Source: an uncultured Prevotella sp. (GTDB lineage Bacteria; Bacteroidota; Bacteroidia; Bacteroidales; Bacteroidaceae). From it: a stretch of DNA of 64,000 nt. The stretch spans positions 41,818 through 105,817 of the forward strand of contig CADBVZ010000003.1 in the NCBI GenBank assembly GCA_902798285.1, in the 5' to 3' direction. A program made the translations under genes and the position numbers. Under the pieces are notes generated by a model that made no database searches, was not told where the DNA came from, and worked only from the letters and a program-made list of their open reading frames with translations. Below are positions 1 through 10,246 of the stretch, piece by piece; the stretch's first letter is position 1, and every line of letters begins with the position of its first letter.

Positions 1-1226
1 TTGGTCTCGACAGCCAGGCGCTGCTCGGTTTCCACCATATCGGTAATGTCGCGATAGGTGCCAAAGTAGCGCTCCACCTCGCCCTGCTCGTTCAGCATGG
101 GCACCATATTGAAGAGCAGCCATATCTGGCGGCCTTTCTTATCGCGTATCTCGATTTCGATGGCCTGAATGATGCCTCGCTTCGTGAGGTGGTCCATCCT
201 GTTGAGCGCACTGTTCACCGTTCGGCGGAAGCGTGGTGAAGCCAGTCGGATACAACGTAGTTGCGACATGCGCAGCTTCTGTCTCGTCTCACGGTTGATG
301 AGCTCGAAGGTATAGGAATGGGGGTAATAATTCACCAGCTGCACACCACTCACACTGAGGGCGTAGTCGATGTTGGCGATATACTGGCGGATATTGTCGT
401 TAGCCTTCTGCAGTTGCCTGACGCTGTTCTGCTGGCGATGGTAGGAGTTCACCATCTCGGAGACATCATGGCCCGACATATAGACGCCCTCGAGCTCGCC
501 CTGTTCGTTGCGGATGGGGTTGATAGTGGATTCGTAATACATCTTACCCTTCAGACCGAAATCATCCAATCGGTATTCAGGCAGATTGAAATCGCGAAAA
601 TCGATGATACTACCCGCCAGTGTATTGGTCATCTCACTGAGTGGTATCTGACTGAAGAAGGGGTTGTTCTTCAGGAGGAAACTGCCATCGAGCACCTGTT
701 CGCGAGTCTTGACGCCAAAGGCAGCACAGGCTCGTTCGTTGATATCGGTGAGCACGCCGTTCTTATCGTAGTACAGCATATCGAGCAGCGAGGAATTGAA
801 GATGGTGTGATAACGCATCAGCAACTGATTGATCTTCTGCTGGCGACGATACTCATCAGTAACATCGTGCTGAATAGCCATCAGCGAAGTGGGCAGGCCG
901 TCGGCGCCTCGGCTCATCACCGAGAAGGTTATCTCATAATGTCGGCAGTCGGATTCGTTTTTCGCCCTACTACGTGCGTTCACCTTAGCCGTATCAATCT
1001 TACCTTCGCAGATGGCGAAGATCTCATAACTCATTTTATCCACGTCGTCGCGATGGAAGAACTTGGCGAAATCGGCAGGTATGTATTCACGCTCATATTC
1101 GCCTTCCTCGGATAGGTAGCAGGAATGACGTGTGGTAGGGTCGTAAAACCAAAGGCGCAGATTACTGGTCTTCATGATCAGCGCTAGGCGAGCCTTCTGT
1201 TTTTTTATGTCAATATCTTGATTCAT
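1..1226 (-). CDS. PAS-domain sensor protein, probably a histidine kinase (5' part; runs off the window start)
   Basis: Not in the ORF track. Manual translation from ATG 1226 gives MNQDIDIKKQKARLALIMKTSNLRLWFYD... with repeated PAS/PAC-like ends (PIRNEQGELEGVYMSGHDVSE; PMLNEQGEVERYFGTYRDITD). -7 box TATCTTTG at 1287-1294 (-). Confidence 0.75.
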   Translation of the reverse strand, partial: MNQDIDIKKQKARLALIMKTSNLRLWFYDPTTRHSCYLSEEGEYEREYIPADFAKFFHRDDVDKMSYEIFAICEGKIDTAKVNARSRAKNESDCRHYEITFSVMSRGADGLPTSLMAIQHDVTDEYRRQQKINQLLMRYHTIFNSSLLDMLYYDKNGVLTDINERACAAFGVKTREQVLDGSFLLKNNPFFSQIPLSEMTNTLAGSIIDFRDFNLPEYRLDDFGLKGKMYYESTINPIRNEQGELEGVYMSGHDVSEMVNSYHRQQNSVRQLQKANDNIRQYIANIDYALSVSGVQLVNYYPHSYTFELINRETRQKLRMSQLRCIRLASPRFRRTVNSALNRMDHLTKRGIIQAIEIEIRDKKGRQIWLLFNMVPMLNEQGEVERYFGTYRDITDMVETEQRLAVET

Positions 1227-1360
1227 ACACAGGATAATAGTTGTTTTAGTCTTATTGACTTTAGTAGTGGCATACAAATACTGCGGCAAAGATAAGAAAA
1301 TTGTTGCAAAACTGCAACAATTTACAAAAAAAAATGCTGCGTGGTGCAGCATTTTCTTTA

Positions 1361-1921
1361 TTATTTGTCCGTGCGAACTACGCGACGAGGCTTTTCAATG
1401 GGCTTGGTGCTGTCGGCATCGGCGCCACGAGTGCGAGAATAATAGTAGTCGTAGCCCCAGCTGTCGTAACCCCAGCGATAGTTGTCGTAGTACGGACGGC
1501 TCACGTTGTAGAGTTCGAACTTTACATCATTGCCGTGATCGTTGATGTAACCCGTAAAGCGATCACGATTCAGGTGATAGTCGCGAATCTTCAGCGAGGT
1601 GCCCTCTTCGATGAAGCGAACATAGATAGTACCATAATCAACACTCCACTCGATGTGATTAGCTACATAGTCCCAGGGGGCGTTGCTGTAGTAATCAACC
1701 CAGTAACCTGAGCCGCTAGAATATCTGCTAGGATCCTTGAGAAATGTGATCTCAGTGCTGGTGGCATCGTAATAACGACCATCCCACTCAGAAGAGATAT
1801 ACATATTTCCTTTCCAGGTGCCCTCAAGGGTGCGTGCGATTTCCTCGTCCTCGCATGAGGTAAAAGATACTGCCATTACTGCCATCATGGCCATCATGAA
1901 CATTGTGTACAGCTTCTTCAT
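1361..1921 (-). CDS. Lipoprotein of unknown function
   Basis: MKKLYTMFMMAMMAVMAVSFTSC lipobox followed by acidic EDEE; Tyr/Trp-rich; ATG 1921 preferred as start. Confidence 0.8.
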   Translation of the reverse strand: MKKLYTMFMMAMMAVMAVSFTSCEDEEIARTLEGTWKGNMYISSEWDGRYYDATSTEITFLKDPSRYSSGSGYWVDYYSNAPWDYVANHIEWSVDYGTIYVRFIEEGTSLKIRDYHLNRDRFTGYINDHGNDVKFELYNVSRPYYDNYRWGYDSWGYDYYYSRTRGADADSTKPIEKPRRVVRTDK

Positions 1922-1973
1922 AATTTTACCCTTTCTTATCTTTAAATGAAACAATATTTTCTAATTCACACTG

Positions 1974-2042
1974 CAAAGGTAAGACGAAAAACCCGAACTG
2001 GCAAGTGAAAACCCCTAAAGGTATGGAGGTTTTTCCCTAAAG
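1974..2042 (-). promoter_or_regulatory. Promoter (-7 TACCTTTG) with upstream direct repeat CTTTAGGG x2 at 22-bp spacing
   Basis: caaaggta at 1974-1981; ccctaaag at 2013-2020 and 2035-2042. Confidence 0.55.
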
Positions 2043-3218
2043 TTAGCGATTCTTGTGTTTGGCGAACCAATTATGCGTGAAATTATACATGATAAGAGCG
2101 GCTATGACTAAGCCCAGAGATACCCAAAGTGCACGATGAGAATGGTCGGAGAAGAAGGCAAGTCCGATGCCCAAGCCCCAGGCGATACCACTCTCCCACC
2201 CTAAAAGGAAGGTGCTCTGCGAAGTGCCTCGCTGACAATGACGACTGAGCTTGATGAAGAACAGCAGGAAGCGCGAACCGATAAGCCCTAAGCCGAAGCC
2301 GATGAAAGCGGGAGCAGCGAAATGTACGATCTGCTGGGTACGCGTGAGCAGCATGAGCAAAGCGGCCAGAATAAGTATCAGGCCAGAGACTACCTCGCTC
2401 TTCACCTCAGCATCGCGAAACACGAAACGCTGGGCCAACAGAGCCCCCAGGAATCCCACCATCATCATGGCATAAAACAACTCAGTGAGGGCTGTAGAGA
2501 AAAGGATGCCAACGGCCAGCATAATCAACTGGAGATTGACAAACAGGGGGAATCCGTGAGGCAGGAAGAAGCGATCGAGACTGACCACGGTGATATCATC
2601 CTCAGGAGCCCTGAAGGGGAAATGGACCATCATAATGAGCACCACAGCCACAGCGGCACAGCCGATGGCGGAGAGCAGCATGACATCGAAGCCCAACAGA
2701 CGGACTAAAAGCAGGCCTGACATCGGACCTAGAGAGAGGGCGAAACGTGAAAACCACGAGGCGGAATGATTGGCCTCAGTGCGCTGGAACGACTCGCTGG
2801 TATCGATAATCAGTGTGCTGGTGAGCACCATCTGAGCCAGACCGAAAGCGGCTCCAAGGGCAAAACGCTGGATGATGACCAGGCCCAAGTCGCAGAACAG
2901 TGAGCGCTGGGCATCGAGATAATAGAGCAAAGCAATGAGCGCACCAACGCCTATGACGGCCCAGATACACACCACGTTACGACGATAATGCTGAACGAGG
3001 AACGACACAAAGACACCTAAAGCAAAAAGGCCCACACCGAAGGCGCCCATGGCGATGCCTGACTCCAACGCAGAGAAATTCTGCGTGGACATGAGCCACT
3101 GGGGCATAGTGGGTATGAGCATATACACCGACATAGCCAACAGGAAATTGGCAATGGCCATGAGCCAGAAATCGCGATGCCAAAGGCGGATATGTACGGG
3201 GGTGTTTTGGGAGTTCAT
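2043..3218 (-). CDS. MFS transporter
   Basis: About 12 hydrophobic segments; N-terminal LWHRDF..MAIANFLL typical of Bacteroidetes MFS proteins. Confidence 0.85.
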   Translation of the reverse strand: MNSQNTPVHIRLWHRDFWLMAIANFLLAMSVYMLIPTMPQWLMSTQNFSALESGIAMGAFGVGLFALGVFVSFLVQHYRRNVVCIWAVIGVGALIALLYYLDAQRSLFCDLGLVIIQRFALGAAFGLAQMVLTSTLIIDTSESFQRTEANHSASWFSRFALSLGPMSGLLLVRLLGFDVMLLSAIGCAAVAVVLIMMVHFPFRAPEDDITVVSLDRFFLPHGFPLFVNLQLIMLAVGILFSTALTELFYAMMMVGFLGALLAQRFVFRDAEVKSEVVSGLILILAALLMLLTRTQQIVHFAAPAFIGFGLGLIGSRFLLFFIKLSRHCQRGTSQSTFLLGWESGIAWGLGIGLAFFSDHSHRALWVSLGLVIAALIMYNFTHNWFAKHKNR

Positions 3219-3221
3219 AAT

Positions 3222-3908
3222 TTAGAGGTGAGAGGTGAGAGATTTGTCCTGCGAATCGCTTAGGGAGCGCAGAAGTGAGGCTGTGTCAACTTCTGTGTAA
3301 TCGGCCATCTGGATGTCGGAATAGGGAGCGATGGACTCGGCAGAGTTGGTGGTAGCCAAGCCCACAACAGCCATACCTGCTGCACGACCTGACTTGAGGC
3401 CGTTGAAGCTATCCTCAAACACCACGCACTCATCGGACTCTGCACCCAGACGGGCTGCAGCCTTCAGGTAACAGTCGGGATCGGGTTTGCTGCGTGAAAA
3501 ATCCTCGGACGTGAGTATCTCATCGAACAACTCACGGAAAGCGGGGCGCTGGCGATACACACTCTCCATCTTAGGAATATTGGAGCTGGTAACCACAGCC
3601 GTCTTCACACCATGACGACGTAAATCGGCAATCAATTCCTCGAAGCCAGCAATGAAATCATAATGCATCTGCTGCTCATAGGCATCGAGACGGGCTGTGA
3701 CTGAGGCACGCTCCTTCTCCAGGGGTCCACTGAGCCAGCGATCGTATATTTGTGTCAGCGTAGAGCCTTTGATCTCGTGCTCCAATCCTGGATGCTCAGG
3801 ATGGTACTGACGGCAGATCATACCCCAGAAGATAGTGTATTGAGGTTCGGTATCGAACACCACACCATCGAGGTCGAAGAGGGCTGCTTTGAATTGTCTT
3901 AACTGCAT
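3222..3908 (-). CDS. HAD-family phosphatase (beta-phosphoglucomutase/CbbY-like)
   Basis: FDLDGVVFDT, VVTSS, KPDPD and FEDS motifs. Confidence 0.9.
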   Translation of the reverse strand: MQLRQFKAALFDLDGVVFDTEPQYTIFWGMICRQYHPEHPGLEHEIKGSTLTQIYDRWLSGPLEKERASVTARLDAYEQQMHYDFIAGFEELIADLRRHGVKTAVVTSSNIPKMESVYRQRPAFRELFDEILTSEDFSRSKPDPDCYLKAAARLGAESDECVVFEDSFNGLKSGRAAGMAVVGLATTNSAESIAPYSDIQMADYTEVDTASLLRSLSDSQDKSLTSHL

Positions 3909-4005
3909 AAATTTCCGAATTTGGGTGCAAAATTACGCATTTTTTATGAAAAATTTGCTAATTTCGGGATTTTAGTGTAATTTTGCGGAAAAATCAGGTA
4001 GGTAT

Positions 4006-4818
4006 ATGAGGATAAACAGTTTAAAATTGCTATTTTTGATGGCTATCGTTGCGATAGCTGGAAGTTGTGGTAACACGGAAGAAAACACCGTGGAGTTTGA
4101 AACACTGACCCTCGACAAAGCTATCAACCTGACGAACGAAGAGTTGTCGCCTACCTGCACTGTGAGTCTGAAAATGGAGAATGCCATTGAGAAGAACGGT
4201 CATCGTGCCGAGGTGATCAACAACACCGTGATTGAGCGATTACTCAATATGCGCGATATGTCGATGAAGACGGCGATGGAGGAATTTACCGAAAACTATA
4301 TCAAATCGTATAAGTCGACCATGGTGCCTCTCTATAATCAGGATCGTGCTGATACCACTAAGCGCGCATGGTACGAATTCCATTACATCATCTCGGCCGA
4401 AACCCAGCAAGGCAGCAAGAACACCATCGTATATCTGGCCACTGTGGATTACTACGAAGGGGGCGCCCACGGCACTCACCAACAGGTGGCCTTGAACTTC
4501 GAGGCGAAGACGGGACGACTGCTGACGCTGAGCGAGATTTTTGCCGAAGGCACCGAAAACCAGCTGAACAACATTCTGCTGAAAGCGCTGAAGGAGAAAA
4601 CAGGACTGGGGACGATTGGTCAACTCAGAGAAAAAGACTATCTGAAGTCGGTAGACATCTATGCCCCTGAGAACTTCATCATCAACGACGAGACGATCAC
4701 ATTTATCTATAATCCATCGGAAATTGCTGCCTACAGCGTAGGATCGACTGAACTCATCATACCTTATTCTAGTATGGAGTCGATACTTAAGAACTCATTT
4801 ATCTCATCACTACAATGA
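4006..4818 (+). CDS. DUF3298/DUF4163 (RsiV/PdaC-like) lipoprotein
   Basis: Lipobox IAGSC; YEGGAHG motif; C-terminal FIYNPSEIAAYS.G. Confidence 0.8.
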   Translation: MRINSLKLLFLMAIVAIAGSCGNTEENTVEFETLTLDKAINLTNEELSPTCTVSLKMENAIEKNGHRAEVINNTVIERLLNMRDMSMKTAMEEFTENYIKSYKSTMVPLYNQDRADTTKRAWYEFHYIISAETQQGSKNTIVYLATVDYYEGGAHGTHQQVALNFEAKTGRLLTLSEIFAEGTENQLNNILLKALKEKTGLGTIGQLREKDYLKSVDIYAPENFIINDETITFIYNPSEIAAYSVGSTELIIPYSSMESILKNSFISSLQ

Positions 4819-5441
4819 CAGCCGACATCATACTGAAATATTTCCCCCAGCTGACGGAGGAACAGCAACGACAATTTGATGCTCTTGATGCGCTCTATCG
4901 TGAGTGGAACGCTAAGATTAACGTTATATCGCGCAAGGACATCGACAATCTGTACGAGCACCATATTCTCCACTCGCTGGCCATCGCCAAGGTGATCAAC
5001 TTCCGACCAGGCACTGAGATTCTGGACTTTGGCACTGGTGGCGGATTCCCTGGTATTCCGCTGGCCATCCTCTTCCCTGAATGCAAGTTCAAACTCATAG
5101 ACGGCACAGGCAAGAAAATCCGTGTGGCTCAGGAGGTGGCGAAGGCCATCGGACTGAAAAACTGCCAGCCTGAGCATCTGCGTGGCGAGGACGAAAAGGG
5201 GAAATATGATTTCGTGGTAAGCAGGGCCGTGATGCCCCTACCCGACTTGGTGAAGATTGTGCGCAAGAACATCGCGAAGACGCAGCAGAATGCGCTGCCT
5301 AATGGTGTGATTTGCCTGAAGGGTGGCGATCTGCAGGCTGAGCTGCGCCCCTTCTACAAGATTGTAGAAACCACCGATATCAGTACGTTCTTCAAAGAGG
5401 AATGGTTTAAGGAGAAGCATGTTATTTACCTGCCACTCTAA
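4815..5441 (+). CDS. rsmG: 16S rRNA m7G527 methyltransferase
   Basis: WNAKINVISR, HILHSL, DFGTGGGFPGIPLAI and VVSRAV motifs. Confidence 0.95.
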   Translation: MTADIILKYFPQLTEEQQRQFDALDALYREWNAKINVISRKDIDNLYEHHILHSLAIAKVINFRPGTEILDFGTGGGFPGIPLAILFPECKFKLIDGTGKKIRVAQEVAKAIGLKNCQPEHLRGEDEKGKYDFVVSRAVMPLPDLVKIVRKNIAKTQQNALPNGVICLKGGDLQAELRPFYKIVETTDISTFFKEEWFKEKHVIYLPL

Positions 5442-5474
5442 CCCCTAATCACTAACCCCTAACCACAAAAAACA

Positions 5475-6119
5475 ATGTTTAAGGTTCAGACTTTTCAGGT
5501 GAATTTGCTGCAGGAGAATACCTATGTAGTGAGCGACGAGACGAAGGAGTGTGTTATCATCGACTGCGGTGCTTACTACGATGAGGAGCGCGAAGCTATC
5601 ACCCACTACATCGACAGCGAGGGATTGAAGCCAATGCACCTGCTCTGCACCCACGGACACTTCGACCATAACTTTGGCATCGATACCATCTATCAGGCTT
5701 ACGGACTGAAGGCTGAAGTAGCGAAGGAGGACGATGAACTGATTAGTCATCTACCAGAACAATTCAAGGCGATGATAGGTGTACCCCTGAGGAGGGAATA
5801 TCCTGGGGTGGGCCGACATTTCGAACCCGACGAGATTGTGCGCTTTGGAAACCACGAGCTGAAAGTACTGAAGACACCTGGACACACCAAAGGCGGTGTG
5901 GTGTTCTACTGCGAAGAAGAGCATGTGGTGTTCTCTGGCGACACGCTGTTCCGCATGAGCGTAGGTCGCACTGATTTTGAGGGTGGCAGCTATCAGGAGC
6001 TGGACAGAAGTCTGAAAGAGGTTTTAGCAAAAATGCCCGCTGAGACAACTGTCTACAGCGGACATGGTCCTAAAACGACGATTGGCGATGAGATTCGCTA
6101 CAATCCCTATTTACACTGA
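5475..6119 (+). CDS. MBL-fold metallo-hydrolase (glyoxalase II-like)
   Basis: THGHFDH, TPGHT, SGDTLF and SGHG motifs. Confidence 0.9.
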   Translation: MFKVQTFQVNLLQENTYVVSDETKECVIIDCGAYYDEEREAITHYIDSEGLKPMHLLCTHGHFDHNFGIDTIYQAYGLKAEVAKEDDELISHLPEQFKAMIGVPLRREYPGVGRHFEPDEIVRFGNHELKVLKTPGHTKGGVVFYCEEEHVVFSGDTLFRMSVGRTDFEGGSYQELDRSLKEVLAKMPAETTVYSGHGPKTTIGDEIRYNPYLH

Positions 6120-6778
6120 TCGTACCATTGTTTGAGTACACCCTTGGGTGTACCCTTCTTCACCGTTTCGTCGAGCACGTCACGGGCGTCCTTTCTTTTG
6201 CCCTGTCGCAAGAGTACATCCACCTTCGACACGATGAACTCCGTACTGCCAGGACGCAGTCGGATGGCCTCATCCCAGTCGAAAACGGCTACATCATACT
6301 GCTTCAGTTCCGTCTCGTAAGCAGCACGTGCTGCATAGGCATCGGCACTATCAGGAAAGAGTTGAACAGTGCGATTCAACTCATCCAGCGTATCAGCCTT
6401 ACGCCCTAATTTCTGCAGGGTATGCGCCAAACCTAAGTGGGCCTCCAGATGCTGGGGCTGAATGGCGAGAAACGACTCATAGTCGGCCTTGGCCATATCG
6501 TAATGACGCAACTGGGTATGACAGAAAGCACGGAAATAGAGGGCAGCAAGATTGCGATCGTCCTGTCGCAACACGTTGCCATATTCTTCAGTGGCATATT
6601 CCCATTGGCTCAGGTTGATATTGGCCTCGGCCTTACGCAATTTGAGGTCGATATCCTGAGGATTCTTCCTGATGGCTTCAATGAGCACCGATACGGAATC
6701 GCGCCACTGTTGTGATGTTGTTTGCGCGTTCGCGCAAACAGCTACCATCAACAAGCTTATAATAATATGTTTACGCAT
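6107..6778 (-). CDS. Exported tetratricopeptide-repeat protein
   Basis: Signal peptide; TPR-like repeats ([26 protein letters not shown]). Confidence 0.85.
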   Translation of the reverse strand: MRKHIIISLLMVAVCANAQTTSQQWRDSVSVLIEAIRKNPQDIDLKLRKAEANINLSQWEYATEEYGNVLRQDDRNLAALYFRAFCHTQLRHYDMAKADYESFLAIQPQHLEAHLGLAHTLQKLGRKADTLDELNRTVQLFPDSADAYAARAAYETELKQYDVAVFDWDEAIRLRPGSTEFIVSKVDVLLRQGKRKDARDVLDETVKKGTPKGVLKQWYDQCK

Positions 6779-7832
6779 TCTTTATGAAGTTTACGATCCA
6801 GGCGCCTACTTCGCGAGTGCCGTAGTGGGCTCCACCTTCTACCTGGATTTCCGGAGTGCGAACATTGGCAGCCAAAGAAGCATCTACAGCCTCACGAATC
6901 AGGGCACCTTCCTTCTCGAGATCGAAGTGCTCGAGCAGCATGGCAGCAGAGAGAATCTGTGCCAAGGGATTAGCCAGGTTCTGACCAGCAGCCTGAGGCC
7001 AAGAGCCGTGAACGGGTTCGAAGAGTGGCGTATGCTCACCCAGCGAAGCTGAAGGCTGCAGACCCATAGAGCCTGTGATACAAGCCGTCTCGTCGGTGAG
7101 GATATCGCCAAAGGTATTCTCAGTTACGATGACGTCGAAGTATCGAGGTTCTGTTAATACGCGCATCGAGGCATTATCGATGAACATATAGTCGGTCTTT
7201 ACCTCAGGATACTGGGGCTCAATCTCCTTGGCTATCTGGCGCCATAGACGTGAAGAAGCCAGAATATTGGCCTTATCCACCACTGTGAGATGCTTGTTGC
7301 GCTTCATGGCCATCTCGAAGCCGAGTTTCAGGATGCGCTCAATCTCAGGACGGGTGTAGATATCAGTATCGTAGGCCATATCGTTGTCCTGATGGCGCTC
7401 GCCGAAGTACATACCACCCGTGAGTTCGCGCAGTACCACGAAGTCGGCACCACGAATGAGTTCATCCTTCAGGGGCGACTTATGCAGCAAGCAGTCGAAC
7501 GTGGCCACAGGGCGCACGTTGGCAAAAAGGCCCAACTTCTTACGCATAGCCAGCAGACCTACCTCTGGACGGATCTTCGCTGTAGGATCGTGATCGTATT
7601 TCAGATCGCCCACAGCAGCGAAAAGTACGGCGTCGGCCTGCATACATACCTCGTGGGTGGCGTCAGGATAGGGATCGCCCACCTCGTCGATGGCGTGTGC
7701 ACCACAAATAGCGGGGGTGTAAGTAAACTCGTGGCCAAACTTCTCGGCAATTGCATCGAGCACAGCCACACCTTGTTTCATAATCTCAGGGCCAATTCCA
7801 TCGCCCTCTAAAATCGCAATATTCAATTTCAT
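6771..7832 (-). CDS. leuB: 3-isopropylmalate dehydrogenase
   Basis: [24 protein letters not shown] and FEPVHGSWP motifs. Confidence 0.97.
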   Translation of the reverse strand: MKLNIAILEGDGIGPEIMKQGVAVLDAIAEKFGHEFTYTPAICGAHAIDEVGDPYPDATHEVCMQADAVLFAAVGDLKYDHDPTAKIRPEVGLLAMRKKLGLFANVRPVATFDCLLHKSPLKDELIRGADFVVLRELTGGMYFGERHQDNDMAYDTDIYTRPEIERILKLGFEMAMKRNKHLTVVDKANILASSRLWRQIAKEIEPQYPEVKTDYMFIDNASMRVLTEPRYFDVIVTENTFGDILTDETACITGSMGLQPSASLGEHTPLFEPVHGSWPQAAGQNLANPLAQILSAAMLLEHFDLEKEGALIREAVDASLAANVRTPEIQVEGGAHYGTREVGAWIVNFIKNA

Positions 7833-7848
7833 ATTTCTATTTATTTTT

Positions 7849-7916
7849 GGCACGGATTACACGGCTCTCTTCGAGAGACACGGAAATAATCTGTGTTAGT
7901 CCGTGTAATCCGTGCC
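7849..7916. repeat. MITE-like element with 16-bp terminal inverted repeats GGCACGGATTACACGG
   Basis: Perfect inverted pair at 7849-7864 and 7901-7916; internal hairpin CTCTCttcGAGAG. Confidence 0.8.
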
Positions 7917-7920
7917 TAAT

Positions 7921-9495
7921 TTAAAACTCATTATTTTGTTCGTTTTCAAAAATGTTAAGCATTTTGAAGGTAGCCTTGATGGCTGCTTCAGTCTGATCGG
8001 CATCCAATCCACGCGTACGTAGAATCTTTCCGTTATCGTTCCAGGTGATGACAGTTTGCACCAACGCATCCGTTCGTCCACCCGGCGGAATGGTAACAGC
8101 GTAGTTCTGCAGAATGGGGAACGTACGATCCAAATACTTCTTATAGATGTAGCGCAACGACTTCACAAATGCATCGTACTGACCATCGCCAGTGGCTGAA
8201 GCCTCGTACTCCTGACCATTAATTTCCACCTTAATGTTTGCACCAGGTTTTAGACCGTAAGCCGTTGAGACTACGTAACTTACCAGCTTCACTTTATCCT
8301 CAGGTGCATCGTGCTTCAGCACATCGGAAACGATGAAGGGCAAGTCCTCCTGCGTCACGATTTCCTTCTTATCGCCCAGTTCGGTGATACGCTGAGTCAC
8401 ACGACGTGTCTGCTCGGGTGTGAGTTCTAGTCCGAGTTCCTCGAGGTTCTTGGCGATGTTGGCCTTACCGCTGTTCTTACCCAAGGCATACTCACGACGA
8501 CGTCCGAAACGCTCAGGCACCAACTCATTCTGATAAAGTCCGCTTTTTTTATCACCATCGGCATGCACACCAGCCACCTGAGTAAACACATTGTCGCCAA
8601 TGATGGGCTGATTGGGGGCTACGGCGATACCACTATAACTTTCCACTAGGCGCGAGATATCGTTGAGCTTGTTCTCGTTGATATTCGTCTTGGCGTGGAA
8701 CTGATCCTTCAGAATCACCTGCACACTCGAGAGAGGTGCATTACCACAACGCTCGCCCAGACCATTTACTGTAACGTGAATACCCTTCACGCCACTGAGT
8801 ACGGCAGCCAACGAGTTCGACACAGCCAGATCATAATCGTTGTGAGCGTGGAAATCGAAGTGCGTATCAGGATAGCGCTTAATCATCTTGCGGAAGTACT
8901 CAATACACTGCAGGGGATTCATGATGCCAAGTGTATCGGGCAACATAAATCGACGAATACCGATATCGCAGAGCACATCCATCAGCTGATAGACATACTC
9001 CAGTGAATCCTTCATACCGTTGCTCCAGTCCTCGAGGTAAAGATTCACTGTAAGACCTTTGCTACGGGCATATTTCACCGTTTGACAGATGTCCTCGATA
9101 TGCGCCTCAGGCGTTTTGCCGAGCTGCTCTTGGCAATGGCGCAACGAGCCCTTTGCTAGGAGGTTGATGGTCTTAGCGCCACACTCCACCACCCAGTCTA
9201 CGCTCTTTCCACCATCGATGAATCCCAACACCTCAACACGCTCCAGTTTGTCGATCTTCTCGGCATAGCGGCATATCATGCTCACTGCCTCTTTCTCGCC
9301 TTCCGACACACGTGCCGATGCCACCTCGATGCGATCCACATTCAGATCGTTAAGCAGCATACGGGCAATGATGAGTTTCTCGTGGGGCAGGAAACTCACA
9401 CCGTTGGTTTGCTCGCCATCGCGCAGGGTCGAGTCCATGATCTCGACGAAAGGCTGCAATCGCACTTTTGGCTTATCAAAATTATCTTCATTCAT
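7921..9495 (-). CDS. cimA: Citramalate synthase (second LeuA-family enzyme)
   Basis: DSTLRDGEQ, HAHND and GLGERCGNA motifs plus a C-terminal regulatory domain; lies between leuD and leuB as in Bacteroides. Confidence 0.8.
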   Translation of the reverse strand: MNEDNFDKPKVRLQPFVEIMDSTLRDGEQTNGVSFLPHEKLIIARMLLNDLNVDRIEVASARVSEGEKEAVSMICRYAEKIDKLERVEVLGFIDGGKSVDWVVECGAKTINLLAKGSLRHCQEQLGKTPEAHIEDICQTVKYARSKGLTVNLYLEDWSNGMKDSLEYVYQLMDVLCDIGIRRFMLPDTLGIMNPLQCIEYFRKMIKRYPDTHFDFHAHNDYDLAVSNSLAAVLSGVKGIHVTVNGLGERCGNAPLSSVQVILKDQFHAKTNINENKLNDISRLVESYSGIAVAPNQPIIGDNVFTQVAGVHADGDKKSGLYQNELVPERFGRRREYALGKNSGKANIAKNLEELGLELTPEQTRRVTQRITELGDKKEIVTQEDLPFIVSDVLKHDAPEDKVKLVSYVVSTAYGLKPGANIKVEINGQEYEASATGDGQYDAFVKSLRYIYKKYLDRTFPILQNYAVTIPPGGRTDALVQTVITWNDNGKILRTRGLDADQTEAAIKATFKMLNIFENEQNNEF

Positions 9496-9542
9496 AATTA
9501 TTCACTTGTTTCTTTGATGCTTCACATCAAATCTGTTCTCAC

Positions 9543-10136
9543 TTAATTACGACTTTCAAATAACTCAGTTTTTTCTCTGTTCTGAACAAGGAAATCGATA
9601 TCGTCGAGCCCGTTCATCAGGCAATGCTTCTTATAGCCGTTAATGTCGAAGTGCTCGCTACGACCTGTTTTCTTGTTCGTAACTGTCTGATTCGGCAGAT
9701 CCACCTCCACCTCCGTCTTCGCATCGGCCTTGATGCTAGCGAAGAGTTCTGCCAGAAAGTCCTCGCTCACCACCACAGGCAGCACGAAATTGTTGAGTTC
9801 GTTGTTCTTGTGGATATCGGCGAAGAACGAGCTGATGACTACACGGAAGCCATAACCGGCGATAGCCCATGCGGCGTGCTCGCGACTGGAGCCTGAGCCG
9901 AAGTTCTTACCTGCCACAAGGATGCAGCCTGAGTACTGTGGATCGTTAAGCACGAAGTCCTTATTGGGTGTGCCATCAGCGTTGTAGCGCCAATCGCGAA
10001 ACAGGTTGTCGCCAAAGAAACTTTCCTCTCTGGTGGTTGCCTTCAGGAATCGTGCAGGTATGATCTGGTCTGTGTCCACATTCTCCATCGGCAGCGGCAC
10101 GCACGTACTTGTTATTATATTAAACTTTTGCTTCAT
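9543..10136 (-). CDS. leuD: 3-isopropylmalate dehydratase small subunit
   Basis: NVDTDQIIPARFL and NFGSGSSREHA motifs. Confidence 0.97.
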   Translation of the reverse strand: MKQKFNIITSTCVPLPMENVDTDQIIPARFLKATTREESFFGDNLFRDWRYNADGTPNKDFVLNDPQYSGCILVAGKNFGSGSSREHAAWAIAGYGFRVVISSFFADIHKNNELNNFVLPVVVSEDFLAELFASIKADAKTEVEVDLPNQTVTNKKTGRSEHFDINGYKKHCLMNGLDDIDFLVQNREKTELFESRN

Positions 10137-10155
10137 ATTTCTTTTTTCTTTATTG

Positions 10156-10246
10156 GGCACGGATTACACGGCTTTTTATAAAAACACGGCTGACTATGCG
10201 GAAGAAAGCAGCGTCTCTCTAAAAGAGAGTCGTGTTAATCCGTGCC
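10156..10246. repeat. Second GGCACGGATTACACGG inverted-repeat element
   Basis: ggcacggattacacgg at 10156-10171 and cgtgttaatccgtgcc at 10231-10246; overlaps the leuC stop codon. Confidence 0.75.

Noticed and set aside
261-1115. 284-aa + strand ORF
   Set aside because: It is the antisense shadow of the minus-strand PAS sensor gene (1-1226) and has no recognisable motifs.
7921-9495. Duplicated leuA as a novelty
   Set aside because: Its position and sequence fit the known Bacteroidetes citramalate synthase.
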